Assembly (NCBI RefSeq): GCF_030144855.1
Contig: NC_082715.1
Coordinates: 100,440,001 to 100,504,000 of the forward strand
Origin: Hypanus sabinus
Lineage: Eukaryota
Length of the DNA: 64,000 nt
Reading direction: 5' to 3'
Part shown: positions 1 to 11,400 of the stretch, in pieces
How positions within the stretch are numbered: position 1 is the first letter of the stretch
Layout of the letters: each line of letters begins with the position of its first letter
The notes under the pieces: model-generated
What the model was told of the DNA's origin: nothing
Database searches by the model: none
The model's input: only the letters and a program-made list of their open reading frames with translations
Program-made: the position numbers and the translations under genes

Positions 1-1400
1 AGGGTCTCGGCCCGAAATGTCGACAGTGCTTCTCCCTATAGATGCTGCTTGGCCTGCTGCATTCCACCAGCATTTTGTGTGTGTTGTTGTTTGAATTTCC
101 AGCATCTGCAGATTTCCTCTTGTTTGATCATCCAAAGGAGCTTGATTAAAGATGGATTAGGAGGAGGTTACTAAAAGAGGCATCAAGTAAATAAAGAGCA
201 AGAAAGACTGAAGGAATGAATCCAGTGCAGAGGATTTAGGTGTCCAAGTGTACAGACAACAATGCATGAACTGGAGACCCACGTAGAGGAATGAGCAACT
301 AAGGAGACAGGGCACCACATGGCCAGAAAGAAGGCAGAGGTGGGATGGGTATGCTTGTAGAAGGATTCAAACGCAAGAGAGGGAAGTGCAAGTCTGAGGT
401 TCTGGAGGTCACTGATTTGAATTGAATACAAGAAATGGAACCAGGACACAAGAGACTCTGCAGATGCTGGAAATGTGGAGCAACACTCAGCACTTTGGGT
501 ATAAACGGTCAATGCTTTCAGCTAAGATAAACCCAGGCAAATTCAATTTTGGGTGGGAAAAGATGTTAAAAATTTGGTGAGGCATAGGTTGTGAGGAGGG
601 AGTAGGAAAGGCCAGCTCCAAATGGCTCCTCCTCCTGCTTGGTGCTTGGCTTTGTCATAACCAACAACTCATTTCTGTCACTGAGATTAACACAAGACCT
701 ACTGAAGCAGGCACTGACATCTGTCAATTATATTATCAGCTGGGCAAGAGAACACAAGGACATCCACTGCTAAATACAACTCAGTGGCGAGGAATTTCAC
801 TCACAAATTCATATGTAATAGTGCCTAATCTGATCTGACATCTACGTTGACCTGACCCAAAATACCAGTGTCAACAGAAACAATGCCAGTTGAAAATCAA
901 AGACCCTTCAATGACAGTTCCTCGTAGACAGTACTTCACAGATAAAGGGTCTACTCCAAACTGATGGGAGACTACAGAATGTCCACAGACTACCCAATGA
1001 AGAGATTCTTGGCTTATCCACTAGTAAATACCACAAGTTTGATTACAGCAACCATGAGATCCAGAACCTGATTAACTGCAGACACAAAGTGTTCCTGGAT
1101 TGGAAGCTTTGCACACCTGAAGGGAACAGTAACGGTTCAACAGGTAACTAAAAGCTGAAGTCCAGCAGAAATTCCATGATCTACAAATGCAAAATGAGTG
1201 GAAGGCGCAGCAGAAGGTTCAGAAACTTTAGGGCCGTCAAGGGCATCAACAGCCCAAACACGCCTTGGTGTAGGAATAATGGTTGTTGATAGTTGGCAAT
1301 GGACTCAATGGGCCAAAGAACCTGTTTCTGTGTTGTGTCTCTATGACACGACGACCACTTCATAACTGTCTTCAACATTAACTCAGTGACTTTATCTTAC

Positions 1401-1547
1401 ATGTCTCTATCTGGGCCAGCCTTGTAGCTGCTTCGAAAATACATAAGCCCTACCAATGGGGTAACAAGTCTTTGGGAGTAGACTGCTAGTAACACTCTTC
1501 CGGACAGAGAGAAATCAGTTATATATTTACAATCTCAACTTCCATGT
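1401..1547 (-). other. Candidate 147-nt second exon of the unidentified minus-strand transcript
   Basis: Acceptor atcttttttccag| and donor AT|gtaaga flank apparently non-repetitive sequence. An ATG at 1444 opens MYFRSSYKAGPDRD through to the donor. Confidence 0.4.
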
Positions 1548-2189
1548 CTGGAAAAAAGATCACGCTAGGGACAACAATCGTGATTATCTTCAGAAAATAC
1601 CCATACAGAATTGAAGCAGGATTCCTGGCCCTTTGAGCCTACAAGATGAAGGCTGATCCTATTTCTTCTCTACCTACACATCTGAATGCCTTTTTACCTC
1701 TGGAAATATATCTACTTCCTTGTTAATTTCAGAATCTTGACTTCCACAGCGCTCAATGGTGCATAGATCCACAAGTTCATCATCCACTCGGTAAAGAAAC
1801 TTCTTTTCATTCTAAAACTCCTCCCCACATTCAGTCTCCCATTTTAAGTAAGAATCCGTCCCATTATTCTAAACTAGTGAATACGAACATAAACAACGGA
1901 ACATCACCTCATATTACAGTTCAAATTAGCCAGATCTTTAAGGTTAACGATAAGACCAATGCAAATCCGTTTCTTAAGATGTGTTCCAGTTTTTACTATA
2001 GCTGCAATGCATCTAAATAAGACTTGGATCAAAAGCATATAGCAGTAATGCACTGTCAATTTCCCTTACGTCCAGAAAAATTGCAAACCATAGTCTTTGA
2101 TAGCTTACATAATAAAAAAGAAATCAAGTTACCCTAATACTAAGTGTCCATTTTGCGTGCTGTTCCTTATCTCAAAGAAAACCCCAGGT

Positions 2190-2612
2190 AGGGGCGTTTT
2201 TGTCTCCATTTTCTTGCCGATCCCACACGGCGGGGTGAATGTGACAAAGCTCGGGGCTCGCTCCCCCGAATCCGACTCGGGAGCACACGCACACGTGCAC
2301 GGTCCCCGACCCGAGCCCGGACAGGAGCTGCGCACGCGCACCACCCCCGAATCCCCGACCCGGGACGGCGCACGCGCACCACCCCCCCGAATCCCCGACC
2401 CGGGACGGCGCACGCGCACCACCCCCGAATCCCCGACCCGGGACGGCGCACGCGCACCACCCCCGAATCCCCGACCCGGGACGGCGCACGCGCACCACCT
2501 CAGAATCCCCGACCCGGGACGGCGCACGCGCACCACCCGTACTCACTTGGTAATTGGACATGCGCCTTTCCCCGTTCTCTACCGCGGTCGTTGTGGCGGA
2601 TACAAGGGAAAC
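2190..2612 (-). promoter_or_regulatory. CpG island with candidate first exon (~2598-2547) of an unidentified minus-strand transcript
   Basis: Dense unmutated CpGs; consensus donor CAA|gtgagtac at 2546; ATG TCC AAT TAC CAA (2561-2547) immediately before the donor; E-box CACGTG at 2292-2297. Confidence 0.6.
2331..2538. repeat. GC-rich minisatellite, 38-bp unit, 5 full + 1 partial copies
   Basis: Unit cgcacgcgcaccacccccgaatccccgacccgggacgg starts at 2331, 2369 (40-bp variant), 2409, 2447, 2485 and 2523 (partial). Confidence 0.95.
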
Positions 2613-2792
2613 TGTGGAATCAAACTGACAGTACAAGAACATATAGACCTGCATCTTAGAAACGAATTTGTAATATTTACGGATGGATCAAAAGCTCTGG
2701 CCACACAGGTATTGCAGTCTACATTCCTCAGTGCAGACAGTTTGTCTGTATTTACCTCGATCAAATCAAGAAAATCAGAAAGTAGACTGGAT

Positions 2793-3210
2793 GTTTTTTT
2801 TTGTAATTTATTTTTTTATTGAAGTTCATTATTAAACAAACATTTCCATAAGATGTATTTCAGACATTGTACATATATATCATATAATCATATATATCAC
2901 AAATCTCCACAAAGTATTTATCTGGGTTATACACTTACAGAAAAGAGTGGAAAGAGAAAACAAGCAAAAGGAAAGAACTATGTACAAGTGGGAGTGATCT
3001 TTTTTTTACAACAGATTCATTGATTTGTGAGAATAAAATCAGGCCTATGAGGCATTATGTAATTAAACCATTTTTCCCATGCTTATGATTAACAGATGCT
3101 GTTATCTTTTCCATTTTGTAAATGTCCATTGTAATTTCCATCCATGTATTTAAAGTTGGGCTCTCCTGTGATAACCATTTCCTAATAAGAGTCTTTTTAC
3201 CAGCCACCAA
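2793..3210 (-). mobile_element. L1-clade LINE 3' fragment nested in the Nimb element
   Basis: Poly-T on + at the left end; minus strand encodes WMEITMDIYKMEKITA, resembling an L1 ORF2 C-terminus. Confidence 0.55.
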
Positions 3211-4057
3211 CAGTATATTCATTAAAATTCTAAGCCAGTTATATACACTGACCGAAAATAGGGTGGAAGTAAGCTTCCTTTGGGTTCCTGCTCAGTGTGG
3301 TGTGGAGGGTAATGAAAAAGTGGACATTAAACAATCACCCAAATTGTCTATAATAGAGGTCCAGATCCCTCTAAGTAAAGCAGAAGTCAAAAGCATTATA
3401 AAAACACGTATTGAGGAGACATGGCAGAAGCACTGGGATGAGAGTGAAACAGGGAGACAATTGTACACAATACAAAGGCAAGGCAGATACCAAAGAATAT
3501 CAGGTGGGCATAGAAAGACAGAAGTGATAGAACATAGAATAGTACAGCACATTACAGGCCCTTCGGCCCACAATGTTGTGCCGACTCTCAAAACCTGCCT
3601 CCCATATAACCCCCCACCTTGAATTCCTCCATATACCTGTCTAGTACTCTCTTAAACTTCACTAGAGTATCTGCCTCCACCACTGACTCAGGCAGTGCAT
3701 TCCACGCACCAACCACTCTCTTAGTGAAAAACCTTCCTCTAATATCCCCCTTGAACTTCCCTCCCCTTACCTTAAAGCCATGTCCTCTTGTACTGAGCAG
3801 TGGTGCCCTGGGGAAGAGTCCACTCTGTCTATTCCTCTTAATATCTTGTACACCTCTATCATGTCTCCTCTCATTCTCCTCTCCAAAGAGTAAAGCCCTA
3901 GCTCCCTTAATCTTTGATCATAATCCATTCTCTCTAAACCAGGCAGCATCCTGGTAAATCTCCTCTGTACCCTTTCCAATGCTTCCACATCCTTCCTGTA
4001 CTGAGGCGACCAGAACTGGACACAGTACTCCAAGTGTGGCCTAACTAGAGTTTTATA

Positions 4058-4203
4058 AACACAAAAATACAACTGCAGAAGCTGTGGATCAAAGAATACG
4101 TACACAACGCTGGATTACTGATGAAGGGTCTCGGCCTGAAACGTTGGCTACTCTTTCTCACGGATTCTGCCTGGCCTGCTGAGTTCATCCAGCGTTGTGT
4201 ACA
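4058..4203. mobile_element. Short Penelope-derived foldback element with 12-bp TSD, nested in CR1
   Basis: TSD TAGAGTTTTATA at 4046-4057 and 4204-4215; internal inverted repeat gtacacaacgctggat / atccagcgttgtgtac; contains a hammerhead-like motif. Confidence 0.75.
4118..4145 (+). ncRNA. Minimal hammerhead ribozyme-like core
   Basis: CTGATGA-agggtctcggcct-GAAA-cgtt: conserved CUGANGA and GAAA boxes around a short stem-loop, followed by palindromic ACGT and an NUH triplet. Stem I is disrupted in this copy. Confidence 0.6.
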
Positions 4204-7200
4204 TAGAGTTTTATAGAGCTGCATCATTACGTCGCGTCTCTTAAACTCTATCCCTCAACTTATGAAAGCTAACACCCCATTAGCTTTCTTAACTACCCTA
4301 TCTACCTGTGAGGCAACTTTCAGGGATCTGTGGACATGTACCCCCAGATCCCTCTGCTCCTCCACACTACCAAGTATCCTGCCACTCACTTTGTACTCTG
4401 CCTTGGAATTTGTCCTTCCAAAATGTACCATCTCACACTTCTCTGGGTTGAACTCCATCTGCCACTTCTCAGCCCACTTCTGCATCCTATCAATGTCTCT
4501 CTGCAATCTTTGACAATCCTCAACACTATCTACAACACCACCAATCTTTGTGTCGTCTGCAAACTTGCCAACCCACCCTTCTACCCCAGCATCCAGGTTG
4601 TTAATAAAAATCACAAAAAGTAGAGGTCCCAGAACAGATCCTTGTGGGACATCACAAGTCACAACCCTCCAATCTGAACATACTCCCTCCACCACGACCC
4701 TCTGCCTTCTGCAGGCAAGCCAATTCTGAATCCACCTGGCCAAACTTCCCTGGATCCCATGCCTTCTGACTTTCTGAATAAGCCTACCGTGTGGAACCTT
4801 GTCAAATGCCTTACTAAAATCCATGTAGATCACATCCACTACACTACCCTCATCTATATACCTGGTCACCTCTTCAAAGAACTCTATCAGGCTTGTTAGG
4901 CACAATCTGCCCTTCACAAAGCCATGCTGACTGTCCCTGATCAGACCATGATTCTCTAAATGTCCATAGATCCTATCGCTAAGAATCTTTTCCAACAGCT
5001 TCCCCACCACAGACGTAAGGCTCACTGGTCTATCATTACCTGGACTATCCCTACTACCTGTTTTGAACAAGGGGACAACATTCGCCTCCCTCCAATCCTC
5101 CAGTACCATTCCCATGGACAACGAGAACATAAAGATCCTAGCCAGGGGCTCAGTAATCTCTTCCCTTGCCTCGTGGAGCAGCCTGGGGAATATTCTGTCA
5201 GGCCCCGGGGACTTATCTGTTCTAATGTATTTTAACAACTCCAGCACTTCCTCTCCTTTAATATCAACATGCTCCAGAACATCAACCTCACTCATATTGT
5301 CTTCACCGTCAACGTTCCCTCTCAGTGGTGAATACCGAAGAGAAGTATTCATTGAGGACATCGCTCACTTCCACAGCTTGCAGGCACATCTTCCCACCTT
5401 TATCTCTAATCGGTCCTACCTTCACTCCTGTCATCCTTTTGTTCTTCACATAATTGAAGAATACCTTGGGGTTTTCCTTTACCCTACTCGCCAAGGCCTT
5501 CTCATGCCCCTTTCTTGCTCTTCTCAGCCCCTTCTTAAGCTCCTTTCTTGCGACCCTATATTCCTCAATAGACCCATCTGATCCTTGCTTCCTAAACCTC
5601 ATGTATGCTGCCTTCTTCCACCTGACTAGATTTTCCACTTCACTTGTCATCCATGGTTCCTTCACCCTACCATTCTTTATCTTCCTCACTGGGACAAATT
5701 TATCCCTAACATCCTGCAAGAGATCCTTAAACATCGACCACATGTCCATAGTATATTAACCTGCAAAAACATCATCCCAATTCACACCCACAAGTTCTAG
5801 CCTTATAGCCTCATAATTTGCCCTTCCCCAATTAAAAATTTTCCTATCCTCTCTGATTCTATCCTTTTCCATGATGATGCTAAAGGTCAGGGAGCAATGA
5901 TCACTGTCTCCCATATGCTCACCCACTGTCAGATCTGTGACCTGACCCAGTTCGTTACCTATACTAGATCTAGTATGGCATTCCCCCTAGTCATTCTGTC
6001 AACATACTGTGACAGGAATCCATCCTGGACACACTTAACAAATTCTGCCCCATCTAAACCCTTGGAACTAATCAAGTGCCAATCAATATTAGGGAACTTA
6101 AAGTCACCCATGATAACAACCCTGTTATTTTTGCACCTTTCCAAAATCTGCCTCCCAATCTGCTCCTCGGTATCTCTGCTGCTACCAGGGGGCCTATAGA
6201 ATACCCCCAATAGAGTAACTGCTCCTTTCCTGGTCCTGACTTCCACCTATACTGACTCAAAAGAGGATCCTGCTACATTACCCACACTTTCTGCAGCTGT
6301 AATAGTATCCCTGACCAATAATGCCACACCTCCTCCCCTTTTCCCCCCTCTCTATCCCTTTTAAAGCACTGAAATCCAGGAATATTCAGAATCCATTCCT
6401 GCCCTGGTGCCAGCCAAGTCTCCGTAATGGCCACTACACCATAATTCCATGTATGTATCCAAGCTCTCAGTTCATCACCTTTGTTCCTGATGCTTCTTGC
6501 ATTGAAGTACACATACTTTAGTCCTTCTCTCTTACTACCTTTATACCCTTTATTCTGCTGCTCTTCTCAAAGCCTCTCTATATGTTAGATCTGGTTTTAC
6601 TCCATGCATTTCTTTCACTGCTCTATCGCTCCGGGTCCCATCCCCCTTGCAAATTAGATTAAACCCTCCCGAACCATGCTAGCAAACCTACCAGCAAAGA
6701 TACTGCTCCCCCTCGAGTTCAGGTGCAACCCATCCAATCTGTACAGGTCCCACCTTCCCCAGAAGAGATCCCAATGGTCTAAAAATATAAAACCCTGCCC
6801 CCTGCACCAACTCCTCAGCCACGCATTCAACTGCCATCTCCTCCAATTCTTACCATCACTATCATGTAGTACTGGCAGCAATCCTGAGAACGCCACCCTT
6901 GAGGTCCTGTTCTTCAGCCTTCTGCCTAGTTCCCGAAACTCACACTTTAGGACCTCATCCCTCTTCCTGCCTATGTTGTTGGTCCCAACATGTATCACGA
7001 CTTCTGGTTGCTTTCCCTCTCGTACCAGGATGTCATGCACCCGGTCAGAGACATCCCAGACCCTGGCACCCGGGAGGCAACAAACCATGCGTGTTTCCTT
7101 CTCACGTCCACAAAATCTCCTGTCTGCTCCCCTGACTATAGAGTCTCCAATGATGACAGCTCTTCTCTTCTCTGTCCCATCCTTCTACACCACAGGGTCA

Positions 7201-8400
7201 GACTCAGTGCCCGAGGCCCTGCCACCTTGGGTCACACCTGGTCGGTCATCCTCACCAACAGCATCCAGGACAGTAAACTTATTATTCAGGGGAGTGGCTA
7301 CAGGGGTGCTCTGCACTACCTGTCTACTCTCCTTCGCTTTCCCCCCTCATCAGTTCATCAGTTGTTCATCAACAGTTGATCATTAGTTGTTTAAGAATTG
7401 GACATACAAGTCTTAATTACACATTATATAAAATTGGGAAATATCAAACTGGGTTGTCTTAATACTGTAATCAACCAGAAACAGTTGAACATGTATTGAA
7501 AAAATGAAAGAAGTATCAATGAGAAAGAGTGAAGATGGTAGGAGCATTTAAGATAAACAAAAAAATTGCTGTGGGTATAGAAAACATTTCAAGTGGGAGT
7601 TCAAGAGAAATACGGACCTATATCATGAAGTATCTGAAAGACTCTGGTTCATTATATAGAACTTAGGAAATGCAATTCTTTTCATTCCTCCTGTTTATCA
7701 AATGATCCACACTCCAGTCCAGTAGGTGGCGGTAATGCACCTTAAAGCTGGTTTGCCAACCGCCATAAAACAGCACAAGAAGAAGAAGAAGAAGATACAA
7801 GGGTAACAATGATTTCAGTCGCTGCTATCAAGGTGGCATAGGAGGGGCATTTTTCCATACTGCGTAGGGGTGGCGCAGGAACCTCTGCTGCCTCCTCGTG
7901 CAGAGACCTGAGTCGGATCCTGAAGGGCAGTTTACATGGTGGGCCCCTGGGCTTCTGCTGGAGACTCAAGATTCCAAAAGTGCACTGGACGGGTGGGTTA
8001 ATTAGCTACTGTAAATTACCTCGTGGTGCAAGTGAGAGAAGAATCAAGTTCATGTGTACATAACATTAGCAAAAATACATAGGGTATAAGTGCTATGAAA
8101 ATTAGCTTTTGCAGCACAGTGGCACAGTAAATTACATACTGACAAACATAATTTAACATATACTATACATAACTTACATGGCAAAATAAGCATAACAAAA
8201 CTAATGCAAGTTGAGAGAGAGAAAGAGAGAAACAGAAATATAGTCCAAGGCAGTGTGAGGTTTTTCAGGTCAGTTCAAGAAACTGATGATAGTGGGGAAG
8301 AAGGTATTATTGAATCTTGAGATGTGGGTCTTCAGGCTCCTGCATCTTTTGCCTAATGGCAGTGCCGGGAAAAGGGCATGGTCCAGATAATGGAGATAGT

Positions 8401-11400
8401 TGTTGTGTTCTTTATATTCATACATACTGTGGGTTACTAATAAAGAACCATCTTCTCCGTCTGAAATCAAACTTTTATTTAACAACAACCATAACGTTTT
8501 ACAATACCTTGTTTCTCAATCCTGCACATGCTCAGAACTCTCTCCAATCACATTCTTACACGTCATATTACCACATCGTCCTTTCCTTAAAAAGAAAAAC
8601 AATTAGCAACATTGACCAGAGCAAATGCATAATTTAACATCTCTATCAGTTTCTCTGGGGGTTTACGAGCACAAGTAGACCTTCTAAGTGGTTCACACAA
8701 TTCTTATGTTTTGTTGTTATTTCCATGTTTTGCCTGGTCTGTATCAGTTAACTGAAACTCTGAAGTTAGCTCTTTCTTGAGGTCTTTGTGATTTCTTCTT
8801 ACACTGCTCCTTCTTCTGTTTAGGCCAAGTATGATCTGGGTTGTACTTCATCAAGTACTGTAGCTTTCTGTGTCCATGTGTTCATTTTGTCTTGTATCCT
8901 TACTTCATCTCCTTGGTGCAGGTCAGGTAATGAACGAGAACATCTGTCAAAGTATGTTTTCTGCTTTGCTTTGTGTTCACCTTTCCATCAAGAGCTGAGC
9001 AGGTGAAAATCCACATTCAAGCGGAGTACTGCGATAGGCTAACAAAGCTTTATAAAAATCACCTCCACTATCTTTTGCTTTGTGCATCAATTTCTTGACC
9101 GACTTCTCAACTAATCCATTGGACTATAGGGAAAATGGACTAGATGTTGTATGAACAAAGCCCCATTCATGAGCAAAATATCTCATGCATTCACCATTGA
9201 ATTGTGGACCATTGTCTGTGAAAACTTCATCAGGTACACCATGTCTGGAAAATAACTGATTTCATGTATATAATTATATTTTCTGGAGTTGTTCTGCTCA
9301 GAACACACACTTCAGGATACAAAGAGTAGTGATCTGGTATTGATAGATTATCTTTGTTGTCAGTTACAAAAAGATCAACGCCTACCTACGGATAAAGTCT
9401 CAGGACTAGGATGTGGATGTGGTGACTCCTTAGGGTTGCTAGATTGGTATTTAAGGCATATTCAACAAGAAGACAGCAATTCTGCAATTTCTTGATTCAT
9501 CCTGAGCTAAAACATCACTTCCCACGCCCTTCTCTTACACTTTTCAATACCTAGGTGGCCTTCATGAATTTTCCCAAGCATTTCTTTTCAGAGACTTTTA
9601 GGAGTCACAATTCTACTATCTTTGTACAATATCCCATCACAACAGAAAGTTCTGATCTGTGGTTCCAATATTCTTGTACTTCTGTGGTCCAGTCATGCTT
9701 AGTATCTGGCCATCCATCCGTCACCACTTGCATTACCTGACTGAGAATTTTGTCCTTCTCTGTCTCAAGACGCAGCAGTTCCAACTTCTCAGGAGCAACA
9801 GGTACAGTCTCTATGATCATATCAACAAATTACTGAACATCAACAGCGTCCCTGTGACTGTCTTTTGTTGTTGGATCCACAGCTCTGGAAAGTGTGTCAG
9901 CTGTGTACATGAATTTTCCAGGTGTGTATGACACATTCAATACACATCTTTGCAATTTGATCATCATTCACTGAATTTGCAAAGGACAGTCGCTTAATGG
10001 TTCATTAAACAATGCAATCAGAGGCTTATGATAAATTTCAACATCAAATAGATTGCCCTGACACAAACTGATGAAATCTCTCATAACACTGGGCAATTCT
10101 TTTTCAATTTGGGTATACCTTGTTTCTGGATCAGATAATGAACAAGATGCATATACCACTGGTAGCCATTCCTTATCATGTTTCTGGAGCAATACTGCCC
10201 CTAAGCCTGCTTGAGATGCATCAAGTGAGATTTTGATGGGTCTCTCAGCAGCATAGAATTTCAACACAGGTTCTTTAGTGAGCACTTTCTTGAGATTTTG
10301 CCATGCCTTCTGTTCATGATTCCAGCTCCATTCGTTTTTCTTTTCTGTTGGCTGCCTCAATGGAGCAAGCTGTTCCGAAAGATTGAGTATGAATTTTCTT
10401 ATGTGGTTGACCATTCCCATAAACCTTTGAACGTCCTTTTTACATTGCGGTCTTGGCATGTTCTCAATAGCAGAAACCTTCAATGGATCAGGACGCACAT
10501 CCTCATTGCTGATGATATCACCCACAAAGATAAGTTCAGTCACTCCTAGCTGACATTTGTCTTTATTCAACTTCAGGTTTGTCTTGTGTGTTGCCTCAAA
10601 GACTTGTCTGAGTCTGGCATCATGCTCTTGTTTAGATGATCCCCAAACAATAATATCATCCATGAATGAATCTCTGCCCTCAATGTGCTCATATAGCATG
10701 TGAATGGTTTTATGGTACTCTTCAGGAGCTGATGCAATTCCAAACAGAAGCCGAAGAAAACAATATCCGGCAAAAGCAGTGTTAAAGGAACACAACTTTG
10801 AACTCGGTTCATCTAGGTTAAGTTGCCAGAATCTAGAGGATGCATCTAATTTACTAAAGTACTTTTCATTAGCAAACTGTGACATAATTTCTTCATGAGT
10901 AGACAATTTGAAATGCTCTCTTTTAATGGCTCGATTCAAGTCTCTTGGATCTAAGCAAATCCTCAGTTTTCTATTTTTCTTATCAACAATTTCAAGCAAA
11001 TTCACCCATTCAGTCAGTTCATCAGTTTTTTTTATGACTCTAGCCGTTCCATTCTGTCAAGCTCTGTTTTCAGTTGAAGCCGTAATGCAAAAGGCATTTT
11101 TCTACATGGATGTACTACAGGTGGCACTGTGTTGTCAATTTTAATCGTGTGCTCTCCTGGAAGACAACCAAGCCCTTTGAACAAGTCCTCATACCCTTTC
11201 ATCAAGTCACTGTATTCTGACTCTGTGTCGCTGGCCAGAACTAAGACTCTTTTCACCAAATTCAGTCTCGCACAGGCAGATAAACCCAGTATTGACTGTA
11301 CATTCCCTGGCACCATCACAAATGAAAGTATGTGCACAATATTTTTGTGTGATACTTTTTGCCACACACGTTTCTTTAACTGGAATATCTGCACCTGAAT

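Larger units (their letters stand above)
3527..7350 (-). mobile_element. Near full-length CR1 LINE with SGNH-esterase ORF1 and frameshifted ORF2 (APE + RT)
   Basis: ORF1 6654-7088 (LPGA, HVGTNN, DGLHLN); APE fragments 5959-6512 (FNARSI, ITETW, GDF); RT 4255-5361 (PGPD, QHGF, DFSKAFD, PQGSVLGP, FADD); C-terminus RPHLEYCVQFWSP; ttctatg-type tail at ~3527. Confidence 0.95.
2613..7793 (+). mobile_element. 5'-truncated Nimb/I-group LINE (RNase H-containing), interrupted by L1 and CR1 insertions
   Basis: RNase H motifs IFTDGSK (~2670-2695) and WVPAQCGVEGNEK (3122-3622 ORF). Reading resumes at ~7381 with ISCLRIGHT..YCNQPETVEHVL (CCHC region). (GAA)n tail at 7777-7795. TSD GATACAAGGG(A/T)AAC at 2599-2612 and 7794-7807. 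Confidence 0.85.

Noticed and set aside
1401-1547. A frame open across the whole candidate exon except one TGA (HGS*DCKY...), suggesting selenocysteine
   Set aside because: No in-frame start in exon 1 (a TAG lies upstream in that frame), no resemblance to a selenoprotein I know, and no SECIS can be assessed here.
2331-2538. CRISPR-like periodicity of about 38 bp
   Set aside because: The units are tandem with no unique spacers; eukaryotic context, no cas genes.
2097-2822. Long overlapping ORFs (241, 160, 135 and 97 aa) across the CpG island
   Set aside because: They are open only because the GC-rich minisatellite lacks stops. The end of the 241-aa ORF is Nimb RNase H sequence.
4255-5361. 368-aa RT ORF (also the 345-aa ORF at 9968 and the 343-aa ORF at 51278) as domesticated genes
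   Set aside because: Each is a fragment between frameshifts or stops inside an otherwise decaying TE, with no evidence of selective retention.
7860-8040. tRNA-like A/B-box sequence
   Set aside because: Too degenerate for a tRNA gene; probably an old tRNA-derived SINE remnant.
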